Below are positions 59,919 to 64,000 of a DNA stretch of 64,000 nucleotides, one piece after another. The DNA comes from the human T2T-CHM13v2.0 reference genome, Homo sapiens. The stretch is taken from the NCBI RefSeq assembly GCF_009914755.1, contig NC_060925.1; one strand, 5' to 3'. The position numbers and the translations under genes were made by a program. The notes below the pieces were generated by a model. That model worked only from the letters and a program-made list of their open reading frames with translations, did not search any database and had not been told where the DNA came from. The stretch's first letter is position 1; every line of letters starts with the position of its first letter.

Positions 59919-62549
59919 GTAGGTTCACTGTGGGACATTGTGTCCTTCAGGAGTAATGCATTGGGTAATTAAGTCCACTGGCATCCTCCCCCCTCCCAGC
60001 CAAGGGTTTGGTTATATAAATCACGACATTCATTTATTCAAGAAATATTTGTTTGCCTACTTGGTTATCGGCAGTATGCTAGGTAGTTGGGGATCAGTAG
60101 GTTTAGCTGTATATGCCCTTAATAAACATGATGGTATTAATTGACCTGAAAAGCGATTCATGACTTCTTACTCTGTGGGGTGGGAAAAGCAGGCTATAAC
60201 ATAGCTTGTATAGGTTGATCCTATTTTTAAAAGGTATACAGACACAGTAGGAAAAGTCTGGAAAGATACTAACATTTTGTTTGTTAATTCTTAGCTTCAC
60301 TTATTTTTCAGAAATTACTCATTCTCTTTAAACTTCTATAGAAGGGAGATAATAATAGCATCTATCTCACAGGGTTTTTGGTGAAGATTAAATTAGATAA
60401 CAAAATTAAAATAAGCCCTTAGTAAGCGTTAGCCATCTGGGGATGATGGGACTATGGTATTTTAAATTATCTTTTATAGACTTTTTCTGACTTTTAGATG
60501 ATCATGTATTACTTTTAAAATTAGAAAAACCAATAAAATCATGTTAATTTCTCACCCAAACCCCAAACACAATCTGTTTTCTTTGAGGCAAGTCAGTTAG
60601 TGATTTTAATTGGTTCCTATTTAATAGGCATAGATCTTATAGAAAATGCATATGAACTTGTAAACTTTAATTTCAACAAATATTTACTGAGGATCTACTG
60701 TGCTTGCTGCTGATATGTCTTACAAATGGCATTTTCATCACAGGGCTTATAGTCTTTTCTGTCTGTTATCAGGAAAGAGAATTGATCCTTTGTTTTAGAG
60801 AGCTAAGTCTGGAGGCCATGCCAAGAATGGATGGGGAGAGAGACTGATAAAGGAGACTAGTTAGAAGGTCTCCACACTGGCCAGATGAGAGTAGAGGAGG
60901 TCTCCATCAAGGTAGCTACTGAGGATAATGAGTAAGGCCCAAACCAAGCCACACTTTGGCAGTATAATTGACAGGACACATTGGAGGTGAGGAGGGGAGA
61001 GGGAGGAGACAAGAGTGATTCTGAAGTTTCTGCTTAGGGAATGGGTAATTGGCTGTACCGTTAGCAAGAGAGAGGGCAGCAGGAGGGGGACATTTGGGAG
61101 AAAAGGTATCAGTGATCCCAAAGTGTTTCCCATTCCTTACTAGGAAAGAACTTACTCAGTAGGCACCAGACACAGAGCAACAAAACTTCCAATGGGTGGT
61201 TTGTACCAATCACTGAGTTCAGATGGTCCCTCTTCCTGGGATTACTTTTTGGCTAGCAGATATGCATAGTTTACTGGATAGTCAGCAGTTTACAAATTAA
61301 ATGTTTGTATATGGGACAAATTTTGTAGTTTAGTGCTGTACGAAATGAATTGTGTCATTAATCCAATGAAAACATCATTTTGGATGAAACGGGTTTTTAG
61401 TTTGTGATGTGAAACTCCACTTTGAACACTGTCAGTGAAGATCACATGGTGGATTTTGGGGTGTTACAGGATAGGGAACTCAAATCTTCGGTTGCCAATG
61501 TGATAGTCACTTGAGATGAACAGTGGAAAGGTGTTTTCTTGAAATGTCACTATGCATGCCTGTTGCTTGGAGCTGCTTAAGAATTTGAGCATCACAGAAG
61601 TAAGAAGTCACTTTGACGGCCAGAGCAGAAATGAAAAGAAACCTGGAAGTCTGCACATTCTCTTTGTGTGTCAGTTGAAGGCTTGGCTTGTTACATTGGT
61701 GAGTCTTGAGTCATAGTTACCTGTTTTTAATGTCAGTGTGCTGCCTACCTTGTTGTACTGTGAGATTCTCAAGGGCAGGGACTGTGTGTCTTTGTTTTGC
61801 GGTGTGGCAGTGCCCGGCATCTGGTAGACATTCATAAAGTGAATAAATGAATGGTTCACTATACTATTAAGGACCTGGTCACCCTTGCATCTGGCTGTAT
61901 CTTTAGGATTATTCTTTTCTTTTAGACTGTGGCTTCAGAGAATCAGCAACATCTTTCCCCCAACTGTACAAGTATCCAGGTCAGAACCTGAGTATTCTTA
62001 ATGCTTATCTTCCTCCCTTCTCTTACCCGTTCATTACATGTTATCACTCTACCTCAGCAGTTTTTCTTTCACTGCTACTACCCCGTAAAATCAGACCTCT
62101 GTGGCCATTTGCTTAGATTTCCTCCATACTGTTCGGTATCATTGTCTCTTGATTTCCTCAGTCTGTTTTCTACATAACAGCCAGAGGGGGATCTAAATGT
62201 GTTTTTCCTCTGTATAAAAGCTGTTGATGACTCATCTATTGACCTCAGGATAGAGCCCAGACTTTTTAGTTCTTCATGATCTGGGATTTTCTCATTTCTC
62301 TGTCCTCATCTCTTGCCATTCCCCCCAACATTTTCTCACTTCCTCCACCTCTCCATCTCAGCATTCTCAGTTCCTGCCATATTAGAGTTCTCTCTCTCTC
62401 TCGTGTCTGTCTCTCCTCTTCTTAGAACATCATCCATTTCTCCTGTCTTAACTCTTCCTTGTCCTTTGGGTATTAGCTTAGTTGTCTCAGTTGAGAAGCT
62501 CCTCTGATACACCTTACCTCCCGCTCCTCAATTCCACGTTGGCTTATGT

Positions 62550-63152
62550 TCACCACCTGGAGTTAGCCAAACTGCAGGGTTCGAGAACACAGTCCTTGCA
62601 TGACTTCCCTCAACTTTTGGTACCATCTACAAGTTGGGGTCTCCCAGAACCTCCCTTAGGTTCCATAATATGGTAGTAGGACTCACAGAACTCACTGAAA
62701 GCTGTCATGCTAACAGTTACGGTTTGTTACGGGGAAAGGATGCAGATCAATACTACTAGCCAAAGGAAGAGATGCATAGGACAGTCTGGAAAGGTTCCAG
62801 ACACGAAGCTTCTGTTGTCCTCAGGGCATATTCTCCTCATAGCATCTGTGTGTGACAGTACACATAGAATATTGTCACCTGGGGAAGCTCACCCTAACTT
62901 TGGTGTCCAGAGGTTTTTGTTTTGTTTTGTTTTGCTTATTGATTTACTGCATGTCTAAGTGGTTGAACTCAGTCTCCCCTCTCACCCTATCACCACCACA
63001 AAGGTCTGATGCCAGATGTGGTGGAGAGGCCCGTCATGAATAACAGACACTCTCATCACCTTTGGGAATTCCAGAGGTTTAGAAGTGACCTCCCAGGAGC
63101 CCAGGATAAAGGCCAGACCTCTCTTTGGGCAAGGCCAAATTCTTACTGCACA
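62550..63152. mobile_element. MER21/MER77-like LTR in intron 2
   Basis: aggactcacagaactcactgaaagctgt...ggaaaggatgcagat resembles recalled MER21C sequence. Confidence 0.55.
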
Positions 63153-63752
63153 TGCCCTTCCTGAAGTACTTGTGCATCATTAGTGCCTATCTTGTTTGCC
63201 CCTCACTGGTTGTGAACTCCGCGAGGGCAAATTGATGGAGTGGCTGAGAGCCAGGACCTTGGCATTGGGCTGCGTAGGTGAAACCTCAGCTCCACTGTGT
63301 ACCAGCTCTTTGACCTTGGCACAGTTTTCAGCTATTCTGCATCTGAGTTTCCTCATGTATAAAATGGTTTGTATAATAGTACTTGTCTATGAGATGTGAT
63401 TAGATCAGTGCTTGACACATAACAACCATTCACTAATGCAAGCTGCTAAGATTACTGTGTTTATTGTTATGTTTCTAGTGCCTTTTATTGAGTTAGTATA
63501 TTGGAAGTAATCAGTAAACATTTATTGCAGAAGAAATAAATGGATCTTTGCTTTATGAATGACTAGTGTTCTTCTGAGTAGCAGTCTTGTATTGTTCAAC
63601 TAGCTAAATTCCTAGACTCTGACAAAGTTAATGGACTTCTCAGATATATATCGTTGTTTCTTATTATTTGGAACTCAGTAAATACCAAAGCATGTTTGCA
63701 TTTAGATTTTTCCACTATAAAGACGTCATTTTTCTTTCCTATTTCCATGCAG

Positions 63753-63865
63753 TGGCCAGTTTGGCAAAGCCTGGTACTTTTGCTGGCAATGATGCAATTG
63801 TAGCCTTTGCAAGAAATCATCAGTTGAATGTAGTGATTCATCAACTTAATGCCCCTTTGTGGCAG
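63753..63865 (+). CDS. OTUD3: OTUD3 coding exon 3 (OTU domain); gene continues beyond the window
   Basis: Pyrimidine tract then atgcag|TG; translates [38 protein letters not shown]; donor CAG|gtaggt at 63866; 113 nt; 221+149+113=483 nt=161 codons. Confidence 0.96.
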
Positions 63866-64000
63866 GTAGGTCACCTATTTAAACATTTATCTTAAGCTCT
63901 TATTTCTAAGTCAGCTTTGGGAATATCCGAAGATGAGGGGCTTGACCTGTGAACATTGAATTATGCGGAGTAACTTGGTCTACGAGCCTAACCAAAGACA

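Overview
Primate (human-like) genomic DNA, no prokaryotic features. The only protein-coding gene supported is the 5' part of OTUD3 (OTU deubiquitinase 3) on the + strand: CpG-island promoter and coding exons 1-3 (51899-52119, 59770-59918, 63753-63865; 161 codons, all GT-AG, phases consistent, catalytic GDGNC loop split by intron 1). From memory this is the 1p36.13 RNF186-OTUD3 interval. The first 51 kb is intergenic and dominated by transposons: a decayed, near full-length old L1 (about 440-10420) with many Alu insertions, a MER41A-type provirus with CTAG target-site duplication (16854-21282), a THE1 solo LTR, an LTR9-like LTR nested in another LTR, MITEs (MER53, MADE2, MER63, MER5A, MER20, MER3/33), MIR/L2 relics and about 50 Alu pieces. 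Almost all other ORFs in the track are Alu/L1 or GC-rich shadow frames. I found no convincing new multi-gene system. The best leads are regulatory or structural: an in-frame upstream ATG for OTUD3, G-tracts and a stop codon at the exon 1 donor, candidate enhancers, a templated copy of an LTR junction, a four-arm Alu and several non-B DNA elements. Repeat subfamily names come from recalled consensus sequences and need Dfam/RepeatMasker confirmation. Repeat boundaries are approximate unless a TSD is quoted.
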